A stretch of 64,000 bases of DNA from Vulcanimicrobiota bacterium (GCA_963723515.1 CAVRQT010000002.1:256001-320000), one strand, 5' to 3'. Positions 49,819 through 59,561 are shown, counted from the stretch's first letter. Numbers and translations are program-made. The notes: generated from the sequence alone by a model not told the origin.

Positions 49819-50622
49819 TTAAGGATACGCGATGAGTTCTTGATCGTAGTAGTCGGCGGTCGCCCCATTCACAATTGCCAGGCCGGCCCACTTGACCTTC
49901 GGATTCAGCAGATTGGTAGAGTGCGTTGCGAGCCCATCGCGCGCCGCCGGTCCTTCCGCGAGAAACGCGGACTCGATGTCGGACCAATTCGCGCCGTTGG
50001 CGACGGCGATATTCTCATAATCTTGACCGATACCAAAGAAACCGAAATAGCGTTCCCACGGCTCCTTGCCGCGCCGGTCAACGTGTCTAAGATAGCCGTA
50101 TCGCTCCATTTCGGCGGCGTGGTCGCGCGCGGCAAGCAACGCCGCCTCATCCATCGCTACGGGAGCAACATGGTGCGCCTCGCGATCCCGATTGACGCGC
50201 GCAAGCCACTTGTGTTCATCAGCACTCAATTTGCTGAGGGCAATAACGCGTCCGATGTTCCCGAGCGATGTGTCAACGATTCCGTGGAATGCGGCGTAGA
50301 TCGCGTGCGGGCAGTTCACGACCAGCAACACTTGTGCGCGGCCACTTAGAGCGGCGGAATAGGCGCCATCGCGCCGGGTTCGCATTCTTGCAAACGCTGG
50401 CGCGCCATTTTCAGGAAGAGCTTCAACGCTCGCGCCCGCGATTGGGCGTCCGGAATCACGATCCACGATCTTCCCGATAACGGGCACATCAGCCGCGTTC
50501 GCGCATCGCGCGCCGCCGAGGACTGCTGCAGTTAGCACAGTCGCGCAGGCCAGCGCCCGCAACGACGTCAGCCTCCGGGGCCGCCGTGGACGCTCTGCGG
50601 AGCCTTCAGTGCGTACACGCAT
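49819..50622 (-). CDS. Secreted protein with carboxypeptidase-regulatory-like domain + CAP (SCP) domain; start uncertain
   Basis: GKIVDRDSGRPIAGASV; VNRDR, AARDHAAEM, ENIA, HSTNLLNP. Confidence 0.8.
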   Translation of the reverse strand: MRVRTEGSAERPRRPRRLTSLRALACATVLTAAVLGGARCANAADVPVIGKIVDRDSGRPIAGASVEALPENGAPAFARMRTRRDGAYSAALSGRAQVLLVVNCPHAIYAAFHGIVDTSLGNIGRVIALSKLSADEHKWLARVNRDREAHHVAPVAMDEAALLAARDHAAEMERYGYLRHVDRRGKEPWERYFGFFGIGQDYENIAVANGANWSDIESAFLAEGPAARDGLATHSTNLLNPKVKWAGLAIVNGATADYYDQELIAYP

Positions 50623-50788
50623 GGGGACTTTTGGCCTAAACCCGTAGGGCATACACAGGGAAGGTTGGGACCTTTGGGCTAAATGCCCTCGCAGATCACC
50701 TTTTCGTTCGTTTCCAATTTTAAGGAAGACGGCAGGAGAACGCCCGCACCGGCGGGCACAGTCGTGGGGTAAAGGGACTAAAGACCTA
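50623..50788. promoter_or_regulatory. Three DosR/NarL-like boxes in the CAP/peptide divergent region
   Basis: GGGGACTTTTGGCCTA (50623-50638), TGGGACCTTTGGGCTA (50666-50681), AGGGACTAAAGACCTA (50773-50788). Confidence 0.65.
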
Positions 50789-50841
50789 GTATTTTAGTAC
50801 TTACCTCGGAGAGTCTAAACCTCGGCAGAAAGGCATTTTTG

Positions 50842-50997
50842 ATGAAGAAGACGCTGGCGCTCGCTACCCTTGCACTCTTGGCTTCAGTCTTCGCAGGCTG
50901 TTCAGGCGGCACAGGGACGTCCATGATTCCGACTGCGCCGCAGCAGGCGCAGGCGCACCAAGGCGATGCGCTGGGGGGACAGCCGGCTCACAGATAG
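50842..50997 (+). CDS. 51-aa lipoprotein-type peptide (candidate signalling-peptide precursor)
   Basis: Below the ORF-track cutoff. SD AGAAAGG; MKKTLALATLALLASVFAG-CSGGTGTSMIPTAPQQAQAHQGDALGGQPAHR with lipobox FAGC. Confidence 0.8.
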   Translation: MKKTLALATLALLASVFAGCSGGTGTSMIPTAPQQAQAHQGDALGGQPAHR

Positions 50998-51050
50998 CGC
51001 TGGCGCGCACAGCGCGACCCGGAATTGAACCCGTCGCAAGTCTTTTGCCC

Positions 51051-51091
51051 GAGGCGCCTAGTACGATCGTACCAAGGCGCTTCTTGTATTT
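51051..51091 (+). terminator. Hairpin/terminator-like element between the peptide gene and the regulator
   Basis: GAGGCGCCT-A-GTACG-AT-CGTAC-CA-AGGCGCTTC followed by TTGTATTT. Confidence 0.55.
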
Positions 51092-51113
51092 GCTGCTAGA
51101 CTAACCGCAGCAT

Positions 51114-52667
51114 ATGCTGCCTCTAACCTTGCTGCCCGAATCGCCCTCGGAAGTCCTTACAGAGGTCCGCAAATCGATGCGTGCCGGAGACTTCTCGTGC
51201 TGTCACGAGATGCTGGACACACTCCCGAATGATCCGTGCACGACACTCCTACGTAGTAGGGTCTTGATTCGCGAAGCGAAACATGCGGCAGCAATCCAAC
51301 ATCTTCTCGAAGTCGAAAGCCAAGTTCAAGATGGCGACCGCGCTCTATGGTGTACTCTGCTCGGAGCAGCGCATGCTTATAGCGGACAGTTTGCTGACGC
51401 TCAAGCCCATTTTGAACGAGCCGCTGCATTGCCGTCAGATGATGACGTCCACCTGGACTTAGTGTACTATCGCGGCACATTAGCCCGATTGCTGCGCGAT
51501 TACGATGCGGCTCTTTCTGCCGCCGCCGTCCTGGAAGCATCAGACGAACACACGTATCGCGGACTCGGCTTCACGCTTCACTCCTGGGTTGAAGTGAATC
51601 GCGGAAACGCCCAAGGCCAGTCGAAGCTACTTGTCCGTGCGCTCGACGCCTTCGAAAAATCGCGCGAACGCGACGAGTACCTGGTGGGCCGCACGTTAAT
51701 GACGCTTGGGGCTCTCTGTCGCGACACCTTTTTGGCCAGCGCCACAAAACGCCTAAAGTCCTCGGCGGAACGAGTTCGGTGGGGGTCGAGCCTGGCGCTG
51801 GACCACTTCCAGGTGACGCGATTTCTCGCTTCGATCGAAGCGCTCGCAGGTAACGAACTTGCGGCTTTTCGTCTGCTCAAGCTCTCCGCCTCGCTAGCAC
51901 CATCGAACGTTTGGAAAGTTCTGCCGTTGCTTGATCGCGCAAAGTTAGCGCGTAGCAATGGCGAAGAAAGTTTCGCCCTTGACCAGCTGTACGAAGCACA
52001 TGCGTTAGCCTCTGAGGTGAACTGGGTTGAAACGCATAACGAAGAGCGCTGTGCGCTTCTCATCCTCGGCGAACTTTTCGCGTCGACTGACCCGCGAATC
52101 GCAACGCAGTATCTTGAAAAGTTTCACGCGCTGCCACCTGTCGATGCGAATCTCGCTTATGCCTCGGATCGGCGCGTCAGCGCCTTCGCCGCGTACTCCG
52201 CCGGCATGGCGCATAAGCAGCTCGGCAATGGCTCCGTCGCGCTGGCCGCGCTTACAGACGCCTGGGATACCTTTGAGGAGTTCGCATATGGCTGGCGGTC
52301 GGCACTCGCCGCTGCAGCGATTTACGAGCTGACCGGTGCCCGCACATGGCTCACCCGCGCACAGCACGCGATTGCGCCGTGGCCGAACAGTTGGATCGCG
52401 CGAAAAGTCGTGCGGCTGGACGCTGAAAAGCCTCCGACTGCTAAACTGACGTCAATGCAGCACCGAATCTACGATTCGCTTCTTGCCGGTCACTCGACGA
52501 AAGAGATTGCTGAAAAGTTGGGACGCAGCCCCAACACGATACGCAATCATATCGCGTCCGTCTTCTTGGCGTTTCGCGTCAAGTCGCGCGCGCAGTTGCT
52601 CTCCACGAGCTTTGCACTTTCCAACGTGAGGTCCGCCGAACAAGCCTACACTCAAGCATCCGCCTAA
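51114..52667 (+). CDS. TPR-like helical sensor + C-terminal LuxR HTH transcriptional regulator
   Basis: Ala/Leu-rich TPR-like repeats (LLGAAHAYSGQFADAQAHFERA); LTSMQHRIYDSLLAGHSTKEIAEKLGRSPNTIRNHIASVF; no receiver or Walker motif seen. Confidence 0.88.
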   Translation: MLPLTLLPESPSEVLTEVRKSMRAGDFSCCHEMLDTLPNDPCTTLLRSRVLIREAKHAAAIQHLLEVESQVQDGDRALWCTLLGAAHAYSGQFADAQAHFERAAALPSDDDVHLDLVYYRGTLARLLRDYDAALSAAAVLEASDEHTYRGLGFTLHSWVEVNRGNAQGQSKLLVRALDAFEKSRERDEYLVGRTLMTLGALCRDTFLASATKRLKSSAERVRWGSSLALDHFQVTRFLASIEALAGNELAAFRLLKLSASLAPSNVWKVLPLLDRAKLARSNGEESFALDQLYEAHALASEVNWVETHNEERCALLILGELFASTDPRIATQYLEKFHALPPVDANLAYASDRRVSAFAAYSAGMAHKQLGNGSVALAALTDAWDTFEEFAYGWRSALAAAAIYELTGARTWLTRAQHAIAPWPNSWIARKVVRLDAEKPPTAKLTSMQHRIYDSLLAGHSTKEIAEKLGRSPNTIRNHIASVFLAFRVKSRAQLLSTSFALSNVRSAEQAYTQASA

Positions 52668-52676
52668 GGCAAATCT

Positions 52677-53366
52677 TTGAAAATGCTTCCACGTGAGCGC
52701 CTCATCGACACGGGGCAGCTCGATCGTTCGCTCCTGTGCTATCGTCCCGTTGTCGGTTTCTTGCCGCGCGGGCGCTATGAACTTGCGCGTGCGCTGCTGC
52801 CGGCCGAACGCGCTGAACGCGCTCTCGAAATCGGGTACGGCAGCGGCATCTTTATGTCCGAATTGGCTCAACATGCGCGTCAGATCTTCGGCATTGACAT
52901 GCACTCTGAACAGCCCGCGGTTAGGGACGCGCTTGCGCAGGAGCGAATCACCGCGCATCTGGAGTCCGGCAACGGTGCCCACTTGCCGTTCCCGGATAGC
53001 TACTTCGATGTCGCTGTCTCGACGAATGGGTTGGCGTCGGTCTCCGACGTCGGCGCAAGCTGTTTTGAAATCGACCGCGTCCTAAAAGAGGACGGCCGCG
53101 TTATCGTTGTAATTCCGGCGTTCGCGTGGTTCGCTGAAGCGGCATCGCAAGGGGTGTTTGGAAAGAACGTAAGACAACATTCACCCAATAGCCGACAATT
53201 ATTGATGCCGATGCTTCGGCGCCACTTTGAGGTAGAAACCTCGCTGAGTTTTCCCAAATGGCTTTCGAACGCATTGCCGCTCTACCGCGCTCTTCGGCTG
53301 CGAAAACTCGGGTCAAGCACCGCGCCGGACCTGTGGCATGAAGACCCCTTAAGAACGTCCGCTTAG
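52677..53366 (+). CDS. Class I SAM-dependent methyltransferase
   Basis: LEIGYGSG, GIDM, LPFPDSYFD, RVLKEDG. Confidence 0.88.
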   Translation: MKMLPRERLIDTGQLDRSLLCYRPVVGFLPRGRYELARALLPAERAERALEIGYGSGIFMSELAQHARQIFGIDMHSEQPAVRDALAQERITAHLESGNGAHLPFPDSYFDVAVSTNGLASVSDVGASCFEIDRVLKEDGRVIVVIPAFAWFAEAASQGVFGKNVRQHSPNSRQLLMPMLRRHFEVETSLSFPKWLSNALPLYRALRLRKLGSSTAPDLWHEDPLRTSA

Positions 53367-53375
53367 CGGACGCTC
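53353..53375. terminator. Hairpin between convergent methyltransferase and PPTase genes
   Basis: CGTCCGC-TTA-GCGGACG (53356-53372). Confidence 0.5.
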
Positions 53376-53379
53376 CTGT

Positions 53380-54117
53380 TTATGCGGTCAAAGAGGCCCG
53401 GATCCAATAGATCGAGACCGGTGCGCAGGAGTCCCGGCGAAGAACGGCCGCTGCGGCGACATGGCACGCACTGGGACGCGAGATGAAGAATTGCCAGTTC
53501 CCAATGCCGACGGGCCGACCGTTTTCGCGCTGTCCGACCATCAATCGTTCGGGCACGTTCCCCAATCCGTCTCCAAGCGCCTTAACGAACGCCTCCTTCA
53601 AAACCCACTGTTCGAAAAATCGCGCAGCGCGCTGAGGCCGTCCCAAACTTTCAATAAACGCCGCCTCAGGAGCTGTGAGGAAATGTCGTGCGAGCAGCGC
53701 GGTATCAATCGGCCGAGACGTATCTTCGGCATCCACGCCCACTTCGCCGGCTCGACTGACGGCGCAAACGACCAAATTGTCAGTGTGCGTCAGGTTGAAG
53801 CGCAGGGACGCGAAACGCTCCGGCGCGGCGACTGCCGGCTTGCCTTGCGCACCGATCCTAAAACGCCATTCGGAGGGGTTGACGCCTGTGTACCTCGAGA
53901 GCATTGCACGGCATAACGCATGTCCAGCGAGATACTGTTCGCGCATTTCGTCCGTCTCAAACCGCTCGTATTGCGAACGCTCGTCATCTGAAAGCCGAGA
54001 CAACCACGTATTACGCGACGCGCGCGAACGCACTTCGCTTGGCTGCAACTGCCACGCATGCACGGCGCCGAGAAGCGCATCCCACGCACTCGATCTATTC
54101 GAAACTGGCGTCGCCAT
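53380..54117 (-). CDS. Sfp-type 4'-phosphopantetheinyl transferase
   Basis: LSDDE, GKP, FNLTHT, VGVDAE, WVLKEAFVKA. Confidence 0.93.
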   Translation of the reverse strand: MATPVSNRSSAWDALLGAVHAWQLQPSEVRSRASRNTWLSRLSDDERSQYERFETDEMREQYLAGHALCRAMLSRYTGVNPSEWRFRIGAQGKPAVAAPERFASLRFNLTHTDNLVVCAVSRAGEVGVDAEDTSRPIDTALLARHFLTAPEAAFIESLGRPQRAARFFEQWVLKEAFVKALGDGLGNVPERLMVGQRENGRPVGIGNWQFFISRPSACHVAAAAVLRRDSCAPVSIYWIRASLTA

Positions 54118-55196
54118 CGTACGCTGAAGGATCCCAAAATCGCGATTCGCTTAGCTCAGCCTCGAGCGCCTGATCGCCGGCTCTGTAAAAAAACTTCCAG
54201 TTCTCAAGCTTCTTACGATAGGGCGCGCACGCATCAAGCGCTCGCATCTTGGGGATCCCACGCCCTAGATGTTCGAGAATATACAAATTCTCAGCGGCGC
54301 ATCGCTGTAGCACAGCCCGAAGAAACACTGGCAAGAAATCACCTGCGACGTCGAGGCTTTGGTAGTCGACAAGCCTCATTCCCCGAAGTTCGCGTGTCGC
54401 CATGCGGCAGAGCCGGCAGCCGAAAGGCATGATCTTGGTACGTCAGGGTGCAGTAGGCGCGCAGCTTACCGTTTCGGGAAGCGGTAAACGCCCACAACCT
54501 GCCCTTACGTAACGGTGCGGCAAAATGCCAGGAAAGAGCTTGCGAAGTGCGCTCGGCTAACAACTTCTCAGGTTGCTCGCGCACGAGCTCTTCCCAGAAT
54601 ACATCAAACCGCGAGTCGAAGCGATCTATGCTTTCGATCGTAAAAGGCCCTCGCATCTTTGGAAGCCGTTTGTGGGGAACAGCATCCTTCCAGCACAGCA
54701 TTGCATCCGGATGGAAGCCGGTCACCCAATATGAAATGGTGTCCCATTCCCCTAGCGGGATGCGTTTACAGAATTGGCTGAACGATTCAAGTGCCGGGAC
54801 GCTGACGGCATTGTTGATGAAGAGATCGACGCCTGACTGATTGAGATATTCGTCCATGAGCTGAAGAGCGAATCCCCGATACGCCGCAGTAACGAACCAG
54901 GCACGCGAAACAGCTGAGATCAGATCTTCTCCTCGGAACTTGTACCGTGAGCGAACGGTGCCCATGGTGCCGACAATCTCGCCGTCCGGGAGCTCAAGCA
55001 CCCACCCGATCGGAAAATCGTTGCCCGACTTCGATCGAAGCGGATTGTCGATCCATAGAGTGCTCCAATCCTCGTACTGCGGAACATCCAGCGAATGCGC
55101 TAATCCGAGGCGCCGAATTTCTGAGTAATCCTCAAGGCGCGCGGAACGAAGTGTCGGAGCGGGGCGCGCCGCAACAAGCGGAAGCGACGCATTCAT
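54095..55196 (-). CDS. GNAT-like acyltransferase paralog 2, frameshift near 54385
   Basis: Collinear with the neighbour: W-DNP, IGWVLE, AWFV...YRGFAL, FDSRFDVFWEEL, ERTS..L.WHF; the next frame gives VDYQSL...FWDPSAYDGD. Confidence 0.75.
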
Positions 55197-56326
55197 AGCG
55201 TGGCGTCACCATCGAAAAGTGAAGGGTCCCAAAACTGCGGCTGTCGCAGCTCCGCGTCGAGTTTCGCATTCGCTGCACGATAAAAAAATATCGAGTTCGG
55301 GAGCTTTTGGCGATACGGAGCACACTGGTCAAAAGCCCGCATCTTCGGCACACCGACGCCGACGTTTTGCAGTACATAACACCCTTCTGCGGCGCAGCAT
55401 CGAAGTGCCGCGCGAAGAAAAGACGGCAATAGGTCGGCCCCCAGCTCAAGGCTCTGGTAATCCACAACAGACATGCGACAGCCGCCCGCGGTTGGTTGCC
55501 GCCGCAGAACGCAATAGCCGCGTAGCCGTCCGCTGTTCGATGCGGTGAAGATCAACAATCGGTTCCTGCGAATAGCGCCCTCAAAATGCCACATGAGGGC
55601 GCGGCTGCTACGCTCGGCCAACAATTTATCGTAATTTTCGCGCACGAGTTCTTCCCAAAATGTGTCGAACCGGGCGTCGAACGTGTCCGTACGTTCAACG
55701 ACGAGAGAACGCTCGGATTTCGGGAGCGTTTTGCTGGAGAGCGCGTGCTTTAGCCGTAGCGAACCAGCGGCGGGATATGCGAGCAACGGCGCCAGCGGCA
55801 CACGATATTTTTTAAGCGCTCGCTCGGCAAATGAAAGATACCCTGTTATAAAGTACGACATCATGTCCCATCGGCCGAGCGGAATGGGTCCGTACAACTG
55901 GCTGAGCGTCGGGAACGCGGCGCGGCCGACCGTAGTACTGATTAACAGATCGACGGGTTGCTCAAAATACTCCTCGATCAGTTGCAGGGCATATCCCCGA
56001 TACGGAGCTTTGACGCACCACGCAGCGCTGGCACCCGCAACCAGATCGCTTCCCCGCCATTTGTAGCGTATCGGAATCGTCTCCATCGAGCCGACGATCT
56101 CGTGTTTGGCCGTTTCTAATACCCAGCCGATTGGCGAGTCTTTGCCTAACTGCCACCAGATCGGGTTGTCAACCCAACGATGACGCCAGTCCTCGAACGA
56201 TGGAGGTTCGAGCGCATATTCTTGGAGCAGCGTGCGAATGTCTTCGTAATCATCAAAGCGCATCGGACGCAGGTCCGGCGCATGAAGCAACGCATCAATA
56301 TGTCCGCTTACTGCGGGCGAACTCAT
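55193..56326 (-). CDS. GNAT-like acyltransferase paralog 1
   Basis: LRPMRFDDY, W-DNP, IGWVLE, AWCVKAPYRG (GNAT motif-A-like), FDARFDTFW, FWDPSLFDGD; fold assignment is inference. Confidence 0.75.
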   Translation of the reverse strand: MSSPAVSGHIDALLHAPDLRPMRFDDYEDIRTLLQEYALEPPSFEDWRHRWVDNPIWWQLGKDSPIGWVLETAKHEIVGSMETIPIRYKWRGSDLVAGASAAWCVKAPYRGYALQLIEEYFEQPVDLLISTTVGRAAFPTLSQLYGPIPLGRWDMMSYFITGYLSFAERALKKYRVPLAPLLAYPAAGSLRLKHALSSKTLPKSERSLVVERTDTFDARFDTFWEELVRENYDKLLAERSSRALMWHFEGAIRRNRLLIFTASNSGRLRGYCVLRRQPTAGGCRMSVVDYQSLELGADLLPSFLRAALRCCAAEGCYVLQNVGVGVPKMRAFDQCAPYRQKLPNSIFFYRAANAKLDAELRQPQFWDPSLFDGDATL

Positions 56327-57562
56327 GCGTTCGCTTCGTATAATAGGCGTAGCGACTTTAAGCCGCGCAAGCCCAGGTTCTCACGCCAGTCCAGTTTTTG
56401 ATTCGTGAGCTCAAGCCGCGGGAATCGCGCCAAAAGCGTTTCAAAGGCAATCTGCCCTTCCAAACGCGCCAGCGGCGCTCCGAAACAGAAGTGAGCAGCC
56501 CACCCGAATGCCAAATGTCGATTGTCTGCTCGCTCGAAATCGAGCTCGTCTGGGTCAGAGAATCGCTCGGGGTCGCGATTGCCGGCGGCCATAACCGCAA
56601 TCACCGCGTCGCGCTTACGGATCTGCTTTCCGCCGAGCATGACATCGTTGGGCGCAAGGCGCGCGGTGTGCTGGCTCGGGCTTTCGTAACGCAGTAGCTC
56701 CTCAACGGCCGCCGGTACAAGTGCCAGGCTCTGCGCGCAGTTTTGCAAGATGATCGGGGTTTCGCAACAGCGTGAGAATGCCGTTGCCGATGAGATTTGT
56801 CGTTGTTTCTTGGCCGCCGACCATGGTAACGATGCAATTCGCGATGATCTCTTCATCAGTTAAGCGATCACCGTCGACTTCGCTCGACATCAACGCTTGA
56901 ATTAAGCCGTCGCGAGGAAATTCGCGTTGCTCGCGAATTGCGTTTTCGAAATATGACGTGAGGCGCTCCACCGCGCTCAATACGCCTTCGAGCTGATCCG
57001 GATTGTGCTGAAAATTTCCCAGCATACCGGCAAACGTGGCGGACCAATCCTTGAGTTTGCGATGGTCCTGAACCGGAACGCCGAGCATCTCTGCCGTCAC
57101 GATCGCGGGCAGCGCTTCCGCGAAGTCGCCGAGCAACTCCATTTCGCCCGTTCCACGCAGCACGATGCAATCGAGCAACTGTGTCGCTATTCTTTCGATG
57201 TGGCGCCGCAACTCACGCACACGGGCCGGCATGAACGCCGGAGCGGCAAGCTTGCGTAAGCGAGCGTGCGCCGGTGGGTCCAGAAAGAGCATTTGCTTGA
57301 CCATCACCTTCGCGATCGGGCCGACATGTGGGGCACCCAAGGCCTCAAAAAATTCGGGCGAGGGCGTGCGGTCGGCGGAAAAGCGCGTCAGTACGGTGAT
57401 GACGTCGTCATACCGTGTGACGACCCAGCTATGCAGGTAAGGATCCCAATGCACGGGATCTTCCGTCCGCAATCGACGATAGAGCGGGTAGGGGTCTGCA
57501 AGAACGGCGGGATCGAGCAGATGGTACAGACTCAGCGGAGCTGCCGCCTCGATTGCAGCCAT
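56323..57562 (-). CDS. Cytochrome P450, frameshift near 56715
   Basis: DPYP, LDPPAHARLR, GGQETT, EELLRYESP, NRDP, heme motif FGWAAHFCFG. Confidence 0.93.
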
Positions 57563-57575
57563 TGATGCGTTCCGG

Positions 57576-59402
57576 TTACCGGGCGCTGATCAGGCCCGCA
57601 ACTTCATTCGCAAGCTCGCGCACGGTTGGCGCGATGAAGATCCGCCGAAGAGGCAATTGCACGCCAAACACTTCGCGAATGCGCGCGACAAGCTGGGCGC
57701 CGAACATCGAATGGCCTCCGATCATAAAGAAGTTTTCATTTGCGCCGATCGACGGGCGACTCATCAGAGAGGCGACCAACTGGCCAATCTCATGCTCAAG
57801 GCCGCTTAACCCACCATTCGTGGCAGAGGCGTCGAGCAACAGGTTCTCAGCGCAAGGAGCGGGCAGCGCCGTCTTGTCCACCTTTCCGTTCCGCATCAAC
57901 GGCAATGCCGCAAGCGAAACAAAAAACGCTGGAATCATGTAGTCCGGCAATTGATCTGCGAGATCTTCGCGCAATTGCTTCTCCGTTAACCGCGCGCCCG
58001 GCGCGGCGACGACATACGCGACCAGCGCGCGTCCCCCCGGAGCGACATCTTTGATTGCAACCGCCGCGGCCAAAACGTTGGAGGATCGGTTCAGGCACGC
58101 CTCGATCTCGCCGAGCTCAATACGGTGTCCGCGGAGTTTCACTTGATCGTCGAAGCGACCCAGAAATTCGATCTCACCGTTATCGAGCAACCGTACGCGA
58201 TCGCCGGTTCGATACAAACGGACCGACTCTCCCGAAGCAGCGATGTAGGTGATAAACTGCTTTGCGGTCAGCTCCGGCATGTTGCAATAGCCACGTCCAA
58301 CCACCGCACCGCCGATGCACAACTCGCCGGGATCGCCTTTTGCTACCGGGCGCAAGGAAGCGTCGAGAATGAAGGCCGTCGCGTTCGTGATGGGAAGGCC
58401 AACGGAGGGCCGCCTTACTTCATTGCCTTCAGGTGCAACGATTCCAGAGGTTGATACGACCGTGCATTCCGACGGACCGTAGTTATTCACGACAGTGAAA
58501 GGCAGTCCGGGGGGCGGGCGCCGTTGGAGCGTATCACCGCCTGTCAACAGCAACCGAAGCGCAGTTTCACGGGGCCAATTGGCGGAAAAGAGTTGCTCGG
58601 CCAGTGCGGTCGCGACAAAAGCAATCGTGATCTGCTCGTCGATGAGCCACGCCTGAAGCGATTCCGAGGAGCGTCGGGTCGATTCATCTGCGATGTGCAG
58701 CGTTGCGCCGGCAGCAAGGTTCGGCCAGATCTCCCAGACGGCCGCGTCGAACCCGAGGCTTGCGAGTTGGCTTGCACGGTCTGCCGGCGTCACGGAAAAC
58801 GCAGACTCATGCCACGTAAGAAGATTGCAGAGGTTTGCATGGGTTATCTTGACGCCTTTGGGCTGGCCCGTCGAACCGGACGTGTAGATAATGTACGCGA
58901 GCGAGTCGTAATCGATCGGAGACTGCACGAACGGCTTCTCAGCGATGCCGTGAACTTGCTCGATTGCGATCAGCGGGCACGGTGCGCCAGCTAGCTCTTC
59001 AGCGAGCGGCGAAGCCGTTATTACGGCCACAGCACCCGCGTCCGTGAAGATCGACAATGCGCGCTTCAGCGGCGTTGAAGGGTCCAACGGCAAGTAAGCC
59101 GCGCCGCTCTTCAGTATCGCCAGCGCGGCAACGACAAACTCAGTGGACCGTTCGAGAAAGATTCCGACGCACCGTTCCGGTTTCGCGCCCGCCTTCTGCA
59201 GCAAAGCAGCAAGGCGGTTCGAGTCGTGTTCGAGATCGCGTCGGGTCAGTCGGCGGTTGACGTCGGCAACCGCGATACGATAAGGATCGGCCGCGGCATG
59301 TGAAGCGATCCGCTCTGGTATCGAATACCGCTTTGCCGTATCAGCGGCCGAGAGCACGCCGATCTCTTTCATACCCGCTCGGTCGCAAACAAATGGACGC
59401 AC
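57576..59402 (-). CDS. Stand-alone NRPS adenylation-thiolation didomain, predicted Leu-specific (start may be ATG 59372)
   Basis: LKSGAAYLPLD, YTSGSTGQPKG, FDAAVWE, NYGPSE, GELCIGG, YRTGD, QVKLRGHRIELGEIE, NGKVD; PCP FFMIGGHS. Confidence 0.95.
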   Translation of the reverse strand: MRPFVCDRAGMKEIGVLSAADTAKRYSIPERIASHAAADPYRIAVADVNRRLTRRDLEHDSNRLAALLQKAGAKPERCVGIFLERSTEFVVAALAILKSGAAYLPLDPSTPLKRALSIFTDAGAVAVITASPLAEELAGAPCPLIAIEQVHGIAEKPFVQSPIDYDSLAYIIYTSGSTGQPKGVKITHANLCNLLTWHESAFSVTPADRASQLASLGFDAAVWEIWPNLAAGATLHIADESTRRSSESLQAWLIDEQITIAFVATALAEQLFSANWPRETALRLLLTGGDTLQRRPPPGLPFTVVNNYGPSECTVVSTSGIVAPEGNEVRRPSVGLPITNATAFILDASLRPVAKGDPGELCIGGAVVGRGYCNMPELTAKQFITYIAASGESVRLYRTGDRVRLLDNGEIEFLGRFDDQVKLRGHRIELGEIEACLNRSSNVLAAAVAIKDVAPGGRALVAYVVAAPGARLTEKQLREDLADQLPDYMIPAFFVSLAALPLMRNGKVDKTALPAPCAENLLLDASATNGGLSGLEHEIGQLVASLMSRPSIGANENFFMIGGHSMFGAQLVARIREVFGVQLPLRRIFIAPTVRELANEVAGLISAR

Positions 59403-59541
59403 ATACGATCTTTAAAGTCGCACCTTTCCCACGACGCTTCCATTCCGGGCCTCTGCGTGCGTTTCTACGACTCTAAGAGAAAAAGCGCCGGTTGTAACCC
59501 GACGCACCTCCTACACCTTAGGGTAATTGGTAGCTATTGAA

Positions 59542-59557
59542 CTAGGCGAAAGTCCTA
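59542..59557. promoter_or_regulatory. DosR/NarL-like box upstream of the NRPS operon
   Basis: CTAGGCGAAAGTCCTA shares CGAAAGTCCTA with the box at 49768. Confidence 0.55.
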
Positions 59558-59561
59558 CTGC

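Noticed and set aside
51001..51037. tRNA/tmRNA-like T-loop (minus strand GGTTCAATTCC...CCA)
   Set aside because: The T-stem pairs poorly and no cloverleaf can be built.
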